Virus record (IMG/VR): IMGVR_UViG_3300031647_000054
Coordinates: 1-24,823 of that record
Length of the DNA stretch: 24,823 nucleotides
From: a virus
Lineage: Duplodnaviria > Caudoviricetes
Strand: one strand, 5' to 3'
The notes under the pieces were generated by a model that was not told the DNA's origin, did no database searches, and worked only from the letters and a program-made list of their open reading frames with translations. This document shows, one piece after another, positions 23,620 to 24,823 of this stretch. Numbering within the stretch: position 1 is the first letter of the stretch; the number at the start of each line of letters is the position of its first letter. Both the position numbers and the translations under genes were made by a program.

Positions 23620-24823
23620 TATGTTATCCTGCCTTGTTTAATATATAAATCAAATTTCTGAATAGAAACTTCATGACCACTTATCTCTGTTTCAAAGCCT
23701 AGTTGAACAACTGAACCACTGCCACCAATAGATAGTTTAATTCTGTCTGTACTACCACCACCTGTGAACTCACCTATATCATACTCAGCAATTTTATATT
23801 CAGATAAAGCTGTTTGTTTGACTACAGCATTGTAAGATCTATATTCATCAGAGTAGTCTATACCTGACTTGATTGTAAATGCTTGTCCACTTCCTCCAAT
23901 CAATGTGATACCAACACTCTTCAATATCTTAGCAGTGGTTGGTTGATCAAAGTCAAAGTAGTTTGTGTAATAAATCATACGATATGTTTCAGTATCATCG
24001 TAATAACCATCATACTCAGCAATGCCTGTAGTCTGTCCAAAGAATAGACGACCATCAGAAGTATTAATCATTCCTCTGTGGGTTAGCCCTGTCCATCTAG
24101 TTACTCGCGCAGCACCATTCTCTAACTTACCCCTCATATCAAAACAGTACACTGCCTGACTTGATGGGAAACTTAAAAGATAGAAAGCATGTTGTGCAGA
24201 GTAGACACTTTTAATGTTATCGCTAGGCTCAGAAGAAAGAATATCAGAGAGTTCATCACGTACATTAATAGATATGTCCCCTATTGGAGTAGACTTCTCT
24301 TGTATTACTCTGCTTAAAGAACGAACACCTGAGTTAGATAAAAATAAAAGATCAGTACCTGTGTTCTGTACAGAGTCACGAGCTATACATCCCACCCCTT
24401 CTATCACCTCCACTAAACGTAATGTTGATGGAGTCAGGTAATTGTTGTTATTATCTGTATCCCCATAAACAACAATACAGTTCTTACAGAATATTATAAG
24501 GAAGCCGTTAAATGCTCCAAGAGCTACAATAGAGTCTCCACCTTTAGTCCAAACCTTTGCTATATCTAACTCACCACTAGCTCCTACACCACCCCATCTT
24601 CCACCACCGCCATTAGTAGTAACTAAGTCAGAGAAGTGAATTGTATGATTGTCTCCTATGATATCAGCAGCCCATAACCTACCATAAGCAGACAGAGCAC
24701 AGTTAGCTTTAGGCGCTACACCTGAAGCATGTGAATGATCTCTTACTCGCTCTATAGGCCCACCAGCTTCTTGTACTAATGGATCATGTCCACGTTGAAA
24801 CAAATAAGCATGGTCACTTAATG
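23619..24823 (-). CDS. Tail tubular/nozzle (packaged-DNA stabilisation) protein, 5' partial
   Basis: Frame open to the window edge (...LSDHAYLFQRGH); beta-rich; GVGCIARDSVQNTGTDLLFLSNSGVRSL resembles P22 gp10/T7 gp12-type proteins. Confidence 0.72.
   Translation of the reverse strand, partial: LSDHAYLFQRGHDPLVQEAGGPIERVRDHSHASGVAPKANCALSAYGRLWAADIIGDNHTIHFSDLVTTNGGGGRWGGVGASGELDIAKVWTKGGDSIVALGAFNGFLIIFCKNCIVVYGDTDNNNNYLTPSTLRLVEVIEGVGCIARDSVQNTGTDLLFLSNSGVRSLSRVIQEKSTPIGDISINVRDELSDILSSEPSDNIKSVYSAQHAFYLLSFPSSQAVYCFDMRGKLENGAARVTRWTGLTHRGMINTSDGRLFFGQTTGIAEYDGYYDDTETYRMIYYTNYFDFDQPTTAKILKSVGITLIGGSGQAFTIKSGIDYSDEYRSYNAVVKQTALSEYKIAEYDIGEFTGGGSTDRIKLSIGGSGSVVQLGFETEISGHEVSIQKFDLYIKQGRIT

Noticed and set aside
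18189-24441. + strand ORFs at 18189, 23360 and 24214
   Set aside because: Antisense shadows of structural genes.

Overview
This window is most of a lytic podovirus-type dsDNA phage genome, opened inside its structural arm (circularly permuted). It has two arms. Leftward arm (- strand): terS, lysozyme-LysM, terL, portal, two small genes, scaffold and major capsid protein at 1-6725; then tail tubular protein, short fibre, glycine-rich gp38-like adhesin and three probable ejection proteins at 17861-24823. Rightward arm (+ strand, 7568-17818): small early genes, a GP88-like Cys-rich protein, T7-like primase-helicase, family A DNA polymerase, SSB, 5'-3' exonuclease, HNH endonuclease, metallophosphoesterase and a DUF3310 protein. 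The arms diverge from an ~840 bp repeat-rich non-coding region, probably the genome termini, and converge on a hairpin terminator at ~17830-17860. This layout resembles Zobellviridae-like podoviruses. No RNA polymerase, integrase, tRNA or CRISPR was seen. The most unusual signals are non-coding. (1) Six exact copies of the palindrome TTTCCTAGGAAA lie only in the early/replication arm, mostly at gene junctions, and resemble ParB/Noc-family sites. (2) There are two Fur-box-like palindromes, one in operator position just downstream of a near-consensus sigma70 promoter for the scaffold/capsid genes. (3) A hairpin plus boxA suggests an antitermination leader. All calls come from reading the sequence; no database searches were run.
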